A stretch of DNA of 64,000 nucleotides from Coniocarpon cinnabarinum (taxonomy: Eukaryota): contig JAVECO010000042.1 of NCBI GenBank assembly GCA_051942205.1, positions 1-64,000 of the forward strand, in the 5' to 3' direction. Under the pieces are notes generated by a model. The model saw only the letters and a program-made list of their open reading frames with translations. It was not told the origin of the DNA and searched no databases. Shown piece by piece: positions 47,163 to 60,261 of this stretch (positions within the stretch are counted from its first letter, which is position 1; the number at the start of each line of letters is the position of its first letter). The position numbers and the translations under genes were made by a program.

Positions 47163-48821
47163 CTATCCTTCATCTGTTCGATCCATCTTCTTGAAGAGAC
47201 GATGCTCGCTTTTGAAAAGCCCGGCAACAAAAGCGCCGACAGCGCAGACGAGCAGCGTTATCCACACACCTTGCAGGGCTTCGACATAGGCGTAAACGGC
47301 TGTAACACGCTCTGGCGGTGGCAGGCTTCTCATCGACTGGGTACTCTTTCTGGCAATCGCGGACAGTTTCTTCCCTTGTCGATCGCCTCCAAAATGCGCC
47401 ATCAACGCTTTATCCAGTAGAAACTGAAAGATGGTCGACGACAGCGTCACGCTTAGGGCGGAACCAGTTGATCTGAAGACATAACTAGTGCTAGTTATGA
47501 CTGCCTGCTCGGACTGGGAGACTGATGCATTGAATGCGAGTAAAGTCGTGCTGATCTGTCCTGAGAAGCCCATGCCAACGAAGAAGAGCACTACAAACGG
47601 CATCCATTCCGCTAGACCAGTCTTAAAAGTGGCTGTGACGACGACAAACGCAGCCACATATATCGAAGAAACCACTATGTTGAGGTAGTAATACCGGCCA
47701 GTGAGTCGCATGATATATCCGGTGGAGATTGACGTGCATATGACAGCAACAGACTCGGGTATAAGCCGCAGGCCAGCCTGGAACGTTGAGTAACCCTGCG
47801 CGAGGAAGAAGACAGGTGCGTAGAAAAAGAGACCAAAACGTGCTAAGGATATGAAGAAGTTAGTAGCGCATGCCGCGATGACGGTACTGTTCCGGAAGAG
47901 TTGAGGTGGGAGAATGGCGTATTTATGTCCCGACTCTAACCAGACGAAGAGAGGAAGGAGCAGTAAAGATATCGCAAGCCCGAGGGTAATGAGAGGTGAT
48001 GTCCACTGAAGAGGGTCACCGCCGGCACTCAAGGTCAGTAGAAGCACCGTGAACATGGCCGAGAGCGTCAGTGCTCCAGAAAAGTCCACTAGCTGGTACT
48101 TAGGCTTTGCACTGTCCTCTTCAGGGAGAGCAGGAGATGGAAGTTTCAGGAAGAGGCACACAAGAAGAACGGCCAATACAGTGATAGGAATCTGGATCCA
48201 GAAACTCGCTCGCCAGTTCAAAGTATCATTAACAATACCTCCGATTGGCCCTCCAAGACTGCTTCCAATGCCAAACCAGACATTCAAAGTACCTCGCCAA
48301 AGACCGCGGCGCCTCAAAGGAAGCAAATCGCCGACAACGAACGTCGCAATCGGTCCAAACGCACCGCCGCCTAGTCCCGCAATGACTCTTCCAAGTATGA
48401 CAGCGGCCCGGGACTGGCTTGCTGCACAGAGAGAGTTGCCTATACAAAAGAGCAACGCGCCCACCAAGAGACCTTTACGGCGACCATAGACATATGTTAG
48501 ACGTCCTGCCAAAGGCTGAGAAATGGTGTTGGCAATGAAGAAGCTGGAGGCAAGCCAATTCAACAGTCTGAGAGACGCGAACTCATTGGAGATGGGAGTT
48601 GCAAGTGTGGCAACCACGGTGCTGTCAAGAGCAAAGAGGAAGGCGAGGAGAGAGGGCCCGGACAGCATCAACAGGAGCCTGCTCGTGCCGTAACCTTCTC
48701 CTGTCTCCCTCAAAGCTGCTTCTGGCGCATGCCTTGTGATAGATGGCGACCTGTTCTCTTCCTGATGGGACTGTAAAAGCGCGGTGCGTTCATTGGCTTG
48801 ATTAGAAATAGACCTAGCCAT
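47163..48821 (-). CDS. MFS transporter (Vba-like/14-TMS multidrug type), intronless
   Basis: N-terminal ERTALL dileucine-type vacuolar signal, ALDSTVVAT, QPLAGRLTYVYGRR, GRVIAGLGGG, GGPIGG..WRASFWIQIP. Confidence 0.92.
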   Translation of the reverse strand: MARSISNQANERTALLQSHQEENRSPSITRHAPEAALRETGEGYGTSRLLLMLSGPSLLAFLFALDSTVVATLATPISNEFASLRLLNWLASSFFIANTISQPLAGRLTYVYGRRKGLLVGALLFCIGNSLCAASQSRAAVILGRVIAGLGGGAFGPIATFVVGDLLPLRRRGLWRGTLNVWFGIGSSLGGPIGGIVNDTLNWRASFWIQIPITVLAVLLVCLFLKLPSPALPEEDSAKPKYQLVDFSGALTLSAMFTVLLLTLSAGGDPLQWTSPLITLGLAISLLLLPLFVWLESGHKYAILPPQLFRNSTVIAACATNFFISLARFGLFFYAPVFFLAQGYSTFQAGLRLIPESVAVICTSISTGYIMRLTGRYYYLNIVVSSIYVAAFVVVTATFKTGLAEWMPFVVLFFVGMGFSGQISTTLLAFNASVSQSEQAVITSTSYVFRSTGSALSVTLSSTIFQFLLDKALMAHFGGDRQGKKLSAIARKSTQSMRSLPPPERVTAVYAYVEALQGVWITLLVCAVGAFVAGLFKSEHRLFKKMDRTDEG

Positions 48822-49536
48822 GGCAAAGGATTACGACCACTTGATATTGTGATTGCCTCTCGTGCCTGATCTCGTTGCGCTATCAAGTTGCAAGAGCAGA
48901 AAAAGTTGGATGATCGCTTTCACAGAGCGCTTAGACGCCGTGGGGTGTGTTCCTTGAGATAGGGCACATTGAGATTCGCTTTGAGGCGCTCATATACTGC
49001 ATGGCTATTTGTACTCCGCCATAGTCGACGTTCATCGTACATCAACGTCGGAGCTCACAAGAAAACTCCAGGGCACGATAAAATTAAAGGCTTTGTAGAA
49101 ATTTTTGGGCGAGGCTCCTAATTAATACCTGAGAAACAAGGCATGCAGACTTGGCTTCAATTTTCCACGTGACTTTGAGACGCGTGCAGATTGCACAAGA
49201 CGCGCTGAACGATCTACCTGTACGGTTTGCAAATAGTCAATAAAACTGAGCAATGGTTATGCATCCTGTATCTCTTGACCCTTGGCTCACAGCGGCCAAG
49301 GATGGAAGTCAGCCATGGTATAAGTTTGTGTGTGCGAGACCGTTCGGCGTGAGCAGGCAGTATCCCATTACAAACGGTTTCACTGTGAAAGCCTGCATAA
49401 GAGGTTTTGTGAGACCCTCCGATCAGCTCTTTGCGATGCGATCGTCTTGAGTGACTGATCAGCTACCATGAACGAATGATGATTGCATACATGTCCACAG
49501 ATCAAACCCAAAACGCTGAGCATGAATGCGGCTCTG

Positions 49537-50139
49537 CTACATAGCGCTAGCAGCTCGTCGTCCACACTTCGACGTTGATATCCCCTCTCGCAACTCACTG
49601 ACCACTTTGCACAACTTTCTCGTTGCGACGCTGAGTTCAGCCTCCAGCCCTGACTCACGCGCGACTTCGACGAATATCTCGATCAGGCTGTGGCTGCACT
49701 CCCGATTCTTAATGCGCAACAGGACTTTTGCGTATTGCATGATCAGTTTTGGATTTGACCCTTCCTCTTGCATCGACCACTGAGGTATTAGACCCTGGTC
49801 AAAGCTGTCGTAATACGCAAAACCACCCAAAGCTACCAGCTGAAGTCTCAGGGCGAAGATCGTCGGCACGTGCGCTGCAGCAAATGCGCACTCCCTAGCG
49901 AGGGGCCACGGCAGATCAGTGCTTCTGCTGAGCATCTCATGATTGTGAAGAATATGCTGGCCGAGGTCGTTGAGCTTAGAGATGATGTGGATAATGTCGG
50001 ACACGGTTCCTGCAGGTAAGTTGCCTGAACCAGCTGCCTCCTCCGGTTTATTACAATTGGTGCTATGCTGATAATCGCGCTGAGAGCTTCCGGTGCTATC
50101 TGCTGCACTGTACGACGGTGACGACCGAGACGAGGCCAT
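49537..50139 (-). CDS. Hypothetical protein (200 aa)
   Basis: ATG ORF with natural helical composition; no domain recognised. Confidence 0.45.
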   Translation of the reverse strand: MASSRSSPSYSAADSTGSSQRDYQHSTNCNKPEEAAGSGNLPAGTVSDIIHIISKLNDLGQHILHNHEMLSRSTDLPWPLARECAFAAAHVPTIFALRLQLVALGGFAYYDSFDQGLIPQWSMQEEGSNPKLIMQYAKVLLRIKNRECSHSLIEIFVEVARESGLEAELSVATRKLCKVVSELREGISTSKCGRRAASAM

Positions 50140-51580
50140 CTTTTCGCGGCAGTGTGGGCTTCTTGGACTTTGGGAAGTCCTTATATCTTGCTGATCAATG
50201 AGCTACGGAATCTGTTCAAATGAGAGGCGTAATGATAGTGGCGAAATGATAGTTGAAGGAGTTATTCGAAGAGTGACCTGGGAATCTGAGCTTGCATGCA
50301 AGATCAGTTAGGAGGAGCCGCTTGGTAAAGCTTCACGACTTCCGATTGCTTTTGCGACGTGCCTGGAGAAGGTGGGCCTGCCATGCGGGATGCAGTAGGA
50401 ACGCAAAATGAAAGATCACTGTGCTCTCCGCACCTTCCACTTGTGTCATACCTCAATGGGCCAGTCGGGGAGCATTCCAATCGCCGTAGCACAGTGCCGC
50501 GCTTGATGAGACGAGCAGGCTGGCTCGAGTTCTGTTTGCCTCCCCGAAGCTGTGAATGCACAGTCCTCGGTACTTTACACTGTGCAATGTCGGTACACCC
50601 GTTGGCGCACAAAGGAAGAGCTCCATATGCGTAGCTGAACATAACGGACCCTACAGCAGATTCTGATCGAATCTACGTTCAACAATGATCCATGTTTATC
50701 CTGATCCATGGTTCGGAATCGAGGTCATAAGTGGGCTTCAGTCATGTGAATCGCTGCATCCGCAACAGCATTGTCGCGACTTCGAGCGACCAGGAGATCA
50801 TGGAAGCCAAGGCGAAACAATCTGGCACAAATGCGTGGCATCCGCAGAGACCAGACGCACGTCAAACCATGCGTTGTGATCGCATCGACCAAAAAATGCT
50901 TGCCAAAGCGAATCTTTCAACCACGCTCACGACCAAATTTCGAAAGCTGCTCGTCGTTTATTCATTTGCTTACCCAATCATGCCCATCGCTTTTCCATAT
51001 ACCGATACGGCCGACTGGAACTCTTGTGAACCGAGAAGAGACCACAAAAGTCTAGATCAATAGGAACAGATAACAGAAACTTCTTTCCAGATGTTACCAA
51101 TAAAGTCTGCTGAAGATATCTCTCTACTTTACATGCAGTAAAAGAGCTCTGCTTTCGGATGTATCACTGAATGTTCGGTACTGACATTCATAAACGCTCT
51201 GACTGCATACCAGTGCAGCTTGCATACTGACTACAATGAAACCATTCTCAAAATCCGGCCTTTCAAGGCTCAAGATCTCGCACAATTAGGTTCTGCAAGC
51301 ATCAAAAGCATCCGGATTCGAAATCGCAATCTATCTTTGAAGGATATAACAATCAAAGGAGCTGCATCATTAATAAGGTTGCTATACAGCGCTGAGTACA
51401 TATACAGCGTTCATCACGTCGAGAAGTTGGATGAGTCTTCACTCATACAACGCACTGAACTCGCCTCGCCGGTGATTGTGAGTCAGGCCTGCATAAGCCG
51501 AAGTGTCCCCTGCTTTGACGTGCAAAGGCTGACCTCTTGCGGGTGCGTGTCGAGCCAATGTGTCGAGCCAGACGCGACCG

Positions 51581-52339
51581 CTAATCGCAGCCTGAGCGAC
51601 GAATACGAAGTCTTGCTCTTTCGGCATGGCGCTCCTTCGACGGCAGCTTCTCCTCTCCCTCTTCTACTTGTTCAGCTTGTTCTACGAAGAGTGCCTCTAC
51701 ACCGCGTTCCTCCCAATCAACGTCATCCCATTGATCAATATACACGTGAGAGCCACTTGCGTCTTTCCACTCTCGCATATTTATAAATCGGGTCATCGAG
51801 GAATCACGACCATCCAAGTGTGTTGAGTCTTGAGAACGGTCATTGAAAGAGGCCTTTAAGGGCGAGTGACCGAAAGAAGTCCGCTCCCGCGACCGACCGC
51901 GGCCTGAGAGCGTGGAGTTTTTTGAGCTATCTTTGAGGGCAATTGGGCGATGTCGCCCCCGGGTACGAGCATCGCCTGAATGGCGGTCGGCGTATTGAGC
52001 TGAAGATCGAGCAGTTGGTATGCCGCGTCCCGTCATGGATGTTTCTTGAAGCTCAGAGTACTGAGTCCAGGCGTCTTCGAGATCATCAAAGTCTTGAGTG
52101 CATCTTGCTGCGGCGGCAGACTCCCCAAAGTCGCGCCCCACAGTTCCTGTGCTGCCATACTTGGAAGATGGGTTTCGATAGTTATCGTCCTGCACCACAC
52201 CGGGATTAGGACCTCTACGTTCGTGATAAGCTTTCATGAGTTCTTTTGGTGTTCCAGCAGGAAAGATAGTTGCTTGATGGTCGTCCATGTCGTATGAAGG
52301 AAAGTAATGATGAAGATGATGTGCTGTAGTCATAAGCAT
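51581..52339 (-). CDS. Hypothetical protein (about 250 aa)
   Basis: Long ATG ORF, hydrophilic, C-terminal VYIDQWDDVDWEERG; no domain recognised. Confidence 0.55.
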   Translation of the reverse strand: MLMTTAHHLHHYFPSYDMDDHQATIFPAGTPKELMKAYHERRGPNPGVVQDDNYRNPSSKYGSTGTVGRDFGESAAAARCTQDFDDLEDAWTQYSELQETSMTGRGIPTARSSAQYADRHSGDARTRGRHRPIALKDSSKNSTLSGRGRSRERTSFGHSPLKASFNDRSQDSTHLDGRDSSMTRFINMREWKDASGSHVYIDQWDDVDWEERGVEALFVEQAEQVEEGEEKLPSKERHAERARLRIRRSGCD

Positions 52340-52759
52340 AAGGTCGCATCAAAACGGCTAGTATGACTACGCTGGTGCATAACGGGGAGTATTACAGAGT
52401 CAGAGACTCACACATAATAGCGGCAGGCTCAAAAACGGATGTGGGACTTCGATTCTGGCTTCGCTTGGTGCTGGGAGATGCAGATAGGTGCCGGACCAGC
52501 CCAGAGTTTTATAAACTCAATCTTTGCAACCAAACGTCGCTTACTTCGAGGTACCTCGCCACCCCGTTGCGCAACATACTGTCGCTCAGGTCTATCGTGT
52601 CGAATCAAATTGTACAGGGAACCTCGTTGGACCAGTCTCAGGGCAAGAAATGCCAGTCATAGTATTGGTGGCGAACCACGGATGACGAATCCGTCAATCC
52701 GCATATCGTTCAACATTCGTATATGGGGACACGGCATGCAGTCGATGGAAGGCTCTGTG

Positions 52760-53280
52760 ATTGTACGCGATCCGACTGGCTGGCATGCATTTTGTTGAGC
52801 CTTAAAACGCGAAGTCGCCGCATACGCACTGTTTGAAAAGTGGGCACGGAACTGTCATCGATCCGCGAAACTAATGCTGCATCACGTAGCCACGTGCCTC
52901 ATGCATGCTTAACATGTCGCGTCACCGCGGATCGTAGCAGTGAAGCAGAACAGATGAGTGCCACAAACGCTTCGTCGAAGGCTTACCAAGTAAGACCACG
53001 CATACGCCACGTTTGCAAAAGGGCCGCGGGTGGCCTTCGTTCCCCGAAGACCGCACTGCAATATCAGGCCACGTGCCATGTGCATGGTCCGAATTGACTG
53101 CTTCGCGGAAATGGGCCGTGAAACAGAATAAATGAGCGTCACGAGTGCTTCGCTGAAGGCTCACAAGTGCAGACCTTGCATACGCATCGCATGCCAAAGG
53201 GCGAGTATGATGCTGTAGGATACAGCCACGTGCTTGGTGCATAATCAATGATGTGCAAAGTACTTGATCTCGGCACTGCA
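52760..53280. repeat. Degenerate direct repeat, three units of about 160-180 bp
   Basis: GCATACGC at 52820/53000/53178; CACGTG within GCCACGTGC at 52891/53070/53227; GTGAARCAGAAYARATGAG near 52940 and 53118. Confidence 0.75.
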
Positions 53281-54885
53281 AGGAATCAGGCGACGATCAC
53301 AAGCATAGCCACGCTGCGATGATAGTTCGCATCGCGCTTGCAGCGCGTGTGATCTGCTTGAACTTGGAATCAACTTGCACGCAGTCAACCGATGAATGGC
53401 GGTGGTACATCGCAGCTCTGACGTAGAGTGCTTGACGATGATTGATGACGTGCTGAAAATGTTCAGAAGATGTAACTCCATCCCAGTGACGGAGCCTAGA
53501 GACAAACGCTACGAGCGCAGCGGGCTGTTAAAAATCATGTCTTAGGCAGTGGCCCATACGTCAATTGATGGTGCATGATGGCTGACAGCGGGTAAATCAG
53601 TGCTTCAGAAATTTGGAGAGAGTTTAAGCACCTGCTCATTAGCCCTTCCTGAGCGAGAGGCAACTTGCCACCTTTGAGATTGCCTAAACTCAGGTTCAAT
53701 AACCTGTGATGATACATTTAGGGATGGCGCTGTTTCTCCCCGGCTCATCCGCGGCAATGCCGAACAACAGCAGCCAGCGGAAGACGATTCGAAAAAGTGT
53801 TCATTGACATTGTCATGAATGCCTCAAAGAGACACGGTGATGCATCACATTTGACTGAATCTTGACTCAGCCAGAGAATCTCTGGAACCATGATATCAAG
53901 AGACGCAAAGTATAGGTCGAGCTAGCTTTTACTTGTCTAGACATGCATTGTTGCTGTTCAGACTGGCTCTTTGGCCGGACGCCCGGCGAACAGCATTTTC
54001 CCGACATCAATTTGATGCTGAAACAGTCCAGAAGTCTCTATCCGGCTTCTCACGGCCCTTCACGGTCCTACCTCCCTTACCCTCTATATCAATGCTGAAA
54101 CAGCTCTACATTCACTTCTCTTCGAGAACGGAAGCGACTTCCATGACCCGCTCACAGCTAAATCCACGAGCAAAATTGCCTTTGCCAGCAACGTCATTGC
54201 AGAATACTCCTCGTTAGCCTTATGTGGCAATTAAACTGTCATTTATCTCCGTCCATATTTGTACTAAAACCGTCACTGAGTATCTCACGATACGTTCAAA
54301 TTGCGACCTTCGTGCAATGATTGTGGTTTGGATGTGCTTGATTGAGTTTTAATATCACCTCGGAGTTTGCTAGTCTAGCATGGCAGTGGCATTACACAGT
54401 TCGTGGAGATGGTAGACAGAGCTTGTGGATGCCGCGCTTTCAGTGCGACTCGATGGGCGAAGCATGTTGTGCATTACGACGTGAGCAGATTGATACTGCG
54501 CTTCTTCAGTGTTATAGTCAATGTGGTACGGAAAACAAAAGCTGCGACTGGACTATTGGAAAGAACCTGCACATCAAGTGTTAATCAAGATTCATTTCAT
54601 TAGTCATGTAGCCGCACATACTGGCTATTCGAGTCCGTCACTCATATCACAACGCTAACAGCGTCAACGAGCGTTCACAAAAGCAGATCTCCCAACTAAA
54701 TGTTCAACAGAGGCCTACCATTCAACACCACAAGCTCTCACATCCCCCTTCACATCGAGCCCCTCAACACGACGACACGTCAACATCATAAAGCAAGGCA
54801 CTTGCCTTCACTGATCACGAATTGACAACCTCCGACTGAAACCCTCCATCTTCCGCTCCACCTCTGCTTCTTCGTCCCACAATCC

Positions 54886-55254
54886 CTACTTCTTGTCATT
54901 AACCAAAGCACCACTCATCCCATGCTTCAAACTGCCATCCTTCCTCAGCACTCCTCCATCCGGTAAAATCTCTTTATCACGCTTCCGAAACAGAACACCA
55001 GTCGGATCGCCCTCATATGGCAAGGCATTAACAGGCTTGCCATTGACACGGAAAGTGCCATGTTTATCCGGACCATGCTTGGGTGTTTTCTTGATTTTGG
55101 GCTTGAGATCGGATTCAGAACTGGCTTTAGTGCCGGAAGTGGAGGCGGTGGGGTTGGGGTCGAAAAAGGTGGATTGGGAAGCTGTTCCGGAGGAGGAGGA
55201 GGAGTCTTTCTTTTTGGCGGCGCGGCGGGCGGCGGCTTTGGCGTTGAGGAGCAT
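54886..55254 (-). CDS. Small Lys/Ser-rich hypothetical protein (122 aa)
   Basis: ATG ORF with good Kozak context (CAAAGTCAAGATG) and gene-like codon bias. Confidence 0.6.
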   Translation of the reverse strand: MLLNAKAAARRAAKKKDSSSSSGTASQSTFFDPNPTASTSGTKASSESDLKPKIKKTPKHGPDKHGTFRVNGKPVNALPYEGDPTGVLFRKRDKEILPDGGVLRKDGSLKHGMSGALVNDKK

Positions 55255-55821
55255 CTTGACTTTGTGCTCGAGACTGTCTAGTTAAGGACTTGAGTGGATT
55301 GATGTGGGATCAACGTGGGTTTGATGGGCAATGGATGGGGGCTTGGTGGACGATCGCACAGATGATGCGAGTTGATGGTTTAACAGTGAAAGTTGATGAA
55401 GACTTTAAGTTGAAGAGGAGGGACTCTGGGTCGCTTTTTTGGTTGAGGGGGTTGCCTCTGTGTTACGATCGTGTTTGCGAGGCAGATGTTGGAATCTTGG
55501 AGCAGGTTGCCTTTGCGTTTGCTTTCATCGTCATAGATGCAGCTTGCCGATACAGAGGTGTCAGAACCTGTTTGGTCATTGTAAGGAACTTGCTGGTTAG
55601 TCGAAGCAATGGATACTGAGTTGTGATACATCGTGACGATGACAGGGATTGTATGGCAAAGTGCTGGTCAATTGTGAGTCCAAGGGTGCATTCAGATTGG
55701 CGTGCAGTCATGGGATGTGGTATGTGCGAATGGAACTGACAAGTCACTGTTGCTTGCAATCCTTGTGAACTTCAAGCGTGTGTGGGTGCAGCCTGCTGCA
55801 ATTATGATTTCTGAGGATCAT

Positions 55822-56877
55822 TTAGTCGTCAATGACAATGACGTTGTCGGCTTTCGTGGCAGAAGCAGGCAGGGCTTTGTCGCTCCCATGTGGCTGCTTT
55901 ACTGACTCTTGACTTATGATAGGCTGCTCGTCAGGCTTCTCGTTCTTGGTAGCCTGCTCTTCGGACTCCCGAGTTTTGATAGGCTGCTCAATGGTTTCCT
56001 GGATTTCGATAGGTTGCTTGCTAGACTCCTGACTTTCGATAGGCTGTACGCCCAATTCCAGGTTCCTGGTAGGCTGCATGATGAACTCATGATCTTTGAT
56101 GGGTTGTTCAATGGCTACCTGATTTTTGGGAGGCTGCTCCACTGACTGCTGGCTTTTGTCAGGCTGCTCATCGCCCTTCTGGTTCTTGATGCGCTGCTTG
56201 GATGGTTCTCCATTTTCGACTTGCTGCTCCTGGGTCTCACTTTTCTTGCTCTGGGACTTTGCTGGCAGCCTCTTTCGTTTGGGAGCCCGTTTGGGTGGCC
56301 CGTCGGTTCCTTCGTCAGTCTCGGTGAGCTTTCGTTTCTTCACATACTTCGTCTTTGTCTTTGGCTGCGTCTTCGTCTTCGTCTTGTTAGTTTTTTCTAC
56401 GGACGGAGCCGGCGCCTTGGCACCGCGATGACCTCCTGGCCCATTGACTGGACCGCCGTCATCAGACTCAAATTCGACATTTGCCGCGGTTAGATTGTGG
56501 TTGTCCCACCCGTTCTGTTGCATGCATTGTGCAATTTCAAGAAAGGGACCGATGCCTGCTCTGAACGGAGCGGGGCCATTATGAACGTCGTCATATCGTC
56601 CAAGCTCGCTGCGGAAGGGGAAAGCATCTGATACGTCCTCGAAAAGGCGGTGGCCATGATACTCTGGAACATCGGTAGGCGGAATCTCGCAAAGAGGATC
56701 TATCAATCGTATCATTCGCGCATGGTCTTCCGCCACCTCCTTCAAACAGGCCATATATGGATTGCGAGCTGCAGCATCTGCGAGACATTTCCGGTGATGG
56801 AGCGGGCTGGGAGTCAAATACGCAGACATCTCTTTCGACGCCGGACGCGTGAGCGCCGAGAGGGGTAGCGTGGCCAT
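55822..56877 (-). CDS. Hypothetical, probably nuclear protein with C-terminal 10-aa repeats
   Basis: About 350-aa ORF with KKRK and KRKR NLS-like motifs and about 10 copies of EQPIKxQESx. Confidence 0.7.
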   Translation of the reverse strand: MATLPLSALTRPASKEMSAYLTPSPLHHRKCLADAAARNPYMACLKEVAEDHARMIRLIDPLCEIPPTDVPEYHGHRLFEDVSDAFPFRSELGRYDDVHNGPAPFRAGIGPFLEIAQCMQQNGWDNHNLTAANVEFESDDGGPVNGPGGHRGAKAPAPSVEKTNKTKTKTQPKTKTKYVKKRKLTETDEGTDGPPKRAPKRKRLPAKSQSKKSETQEQQVENGEPSKQRIKNQKGDEQPDKSQQSVEQPPKNQVAIEQPIKDHEFIMQPTRNLELGVQPIESQESSKQPIEIQETIEQPIKTRESEEQATKNEKPDEQPIISQESVKQPHGSDKALPASATKADNVIVIDD

Positions 56878-57489
56878 AGTGAGTGTGACCGCGGGGAAGT
56901 ATGGATGTGCTAAGGTTATCTTCACCGCACCAGATTGGGATGAAAAGACCGGCTGAGTATTCGAAGAGAGCGGCCGTGACTGGTAACAAGGGTTGTGGGA
57001 ACGAGAACAGGGTATTGAAGCATGTGAAAGGTGGACTCAACAGGCGCAAGGCAAGACTGAAATCACACCCAATTGGGATCGGATGAAAGCTTTCGCTTTT
57101 GCACTGGTATCCTGTCAGCAAACTAATATGTTTTTCTCAACAGAAGATCAGATTTGTAGCAAAAGCCTTACCTCCTCGACGAGAGTTTACATCATATAGT
57201 AGCGGTGTCCATAAAGATCTTCGCAGCTACTCAAAGGAAAAGACGCAGGATCAATAGGTTGATATATCAGCCGCGACTCCGCGAGTAAAAACACATCCTG
57301 GAGTGAATCATGTAGAGCATGACAATGGATTTTATCAAACAATAGCGCGATCGCTCAAAGGGATCTATGTGTGCTACCTACTTGGAGTCACTGCTCCTGC
57401 GAGCACCGAAAGCAGAAACCCTCACCATGTCCAAATACAGGTAGTCCTCCAATTACGGAGAGTGGAGAGTGGTCGTTCGACGAAACGTC

Positions 57490-58356
57490 CTATCCGTGCA
57501 TCATGGCCTGAAGCAGCTCACGGTCGATGGGTGGATCAATGTCATCGTAGTAATCCTTATCACCGGTTCGAAAGTCCCACTTGGATGAGCTCTTCTGTAC
57601 CAAGCGTTGAACGCGCTGCAGAGAGGTTTCTTGTTCTTTAGTCTTGGTAGTAGGCTCAGAGTTGAGCTTCTGGGTGTGCTGACGACCGAAAAAGCCGCAA
57701 CGAAACTTGAGCGCGGCGGCTTCCACTGAAAACACATGCAAGTCAGCTCAGTCTCATGTGCGATCTACCGATAAATACAGCAAACGATCTCAGGTAGCAG
57801 CTAGGTCTAAAGTGTTCATCCTTTGTCTTGCTCTTGATTCCTGCCACAGGTTGAGTGAGTCAATGGGAGACGGCACACGCCGGCCTTAATTTGGAGGACG
57901 GCGCTGCAAAGCCGAACGACGCACAACGCGCTGCAGGCTGAAAATCTAGATGAACAGATGTCACTCACCAGTGTCCTGCATATCGTCTTTGTTCTTTTCC
58001 TTGCTGTTTTGCAATATCTTCGTATCTTTTACGAGCTTTTGAGTTCCAGCAGTCTGCTGGTCATTGAAGTGCTGCGATTGCCGACACTTGCGAGGAGCAG
58101 TTGAGCAGTCCGATTGCTTGGGGACAGCGTCTGCTTGCTGACGTTTCCTGCGGAGATCCGAGTTTGATCGATACAGAGGACCGCCAACACGGCGCAAGTG
58201 GCGGCGTCCCCCGTCTTCGCTGTCAGAGAGCGTTGCAAAATCGTCAGGATCGAAGACACCCGCACATTGTGAGAGCATGTTCATCTTCTCGCCAGAACAA
58301 AGAGTGTGGTTAGGATCGCTGTCAGGATCAGGCCCAGGCCAGTAGGAGTCAGACAT
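57490..58356 (-). CDS. Hypothetical multi-exon protein
   Basis: MSDSYWPGPDPDSDPN...DDMQDTG then a GTGAGT donor; a downstream minus-strand exon-like ORF at 57490..57741. Structure uncertain. Confidence 0.4.
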
Positions 58357-58737
58357 AATGACTGTTGGTGGAAGCAATTCGAGGCCTGTTCGAGTCGATG
58401 TTAGTGACGGTGGAGTAAGGTGCAAGTGTGCGTCAGAATCGACTTCAGAGACGCTGCTGCCTGCGCCGTTGCAGCGGACCAGCGAGCCGAGCAGATGACG
58501 AGATCGAGTCGCACAAACCAGACTGGAGAAGTGACTGGGAGGGACAGTAGAGTCATGTGACTTGAGTGTTGGGAAGGGGCGAAGGAGTGAAGAGGTGATA
58601 TAGCGACACTCCCCGTCGCGGCTGAAAGGGGCACAGTCTGCACAGTCCACTTCAATCTCCACCCAGCCCCGGCCTCATCAAAACCGTTCATGGGGGCGCG
58701 CCGACATGGCGCATCGTGACATCATTATGCTCGTCCC

Positions 58738-59930
<1,193 letters not shown>

Positions 59931-60261
59931 CTTCACCAGATCCACTACTGGATGGTCTTGGCTTGATGTAGCAAGCAAATAAGCAGCGAAAATTTGAGTC
60001 AAGAAAGAGCACCCGTCCAAAATAAGGGTCTCCCAGTTGTAAGAGACCTATACATTCATCTAATAATACAGTGAAAGGAAGAGTAAGAGTCTATCAATGT
60101 GCAAGGCGTCGTGCAGCATAGGAGCACATGCGAGCCGGTGTGTCGGTGTACTCAAGTAAGCCGAACCTCGGCTATTGATTCATCACGTCTTATTCTCTCG
60201 GCCGAGAAATACACGTCCAGCATGCCAGCCACCACGTGCATTTTTGATGTCTTCGCAAGTT

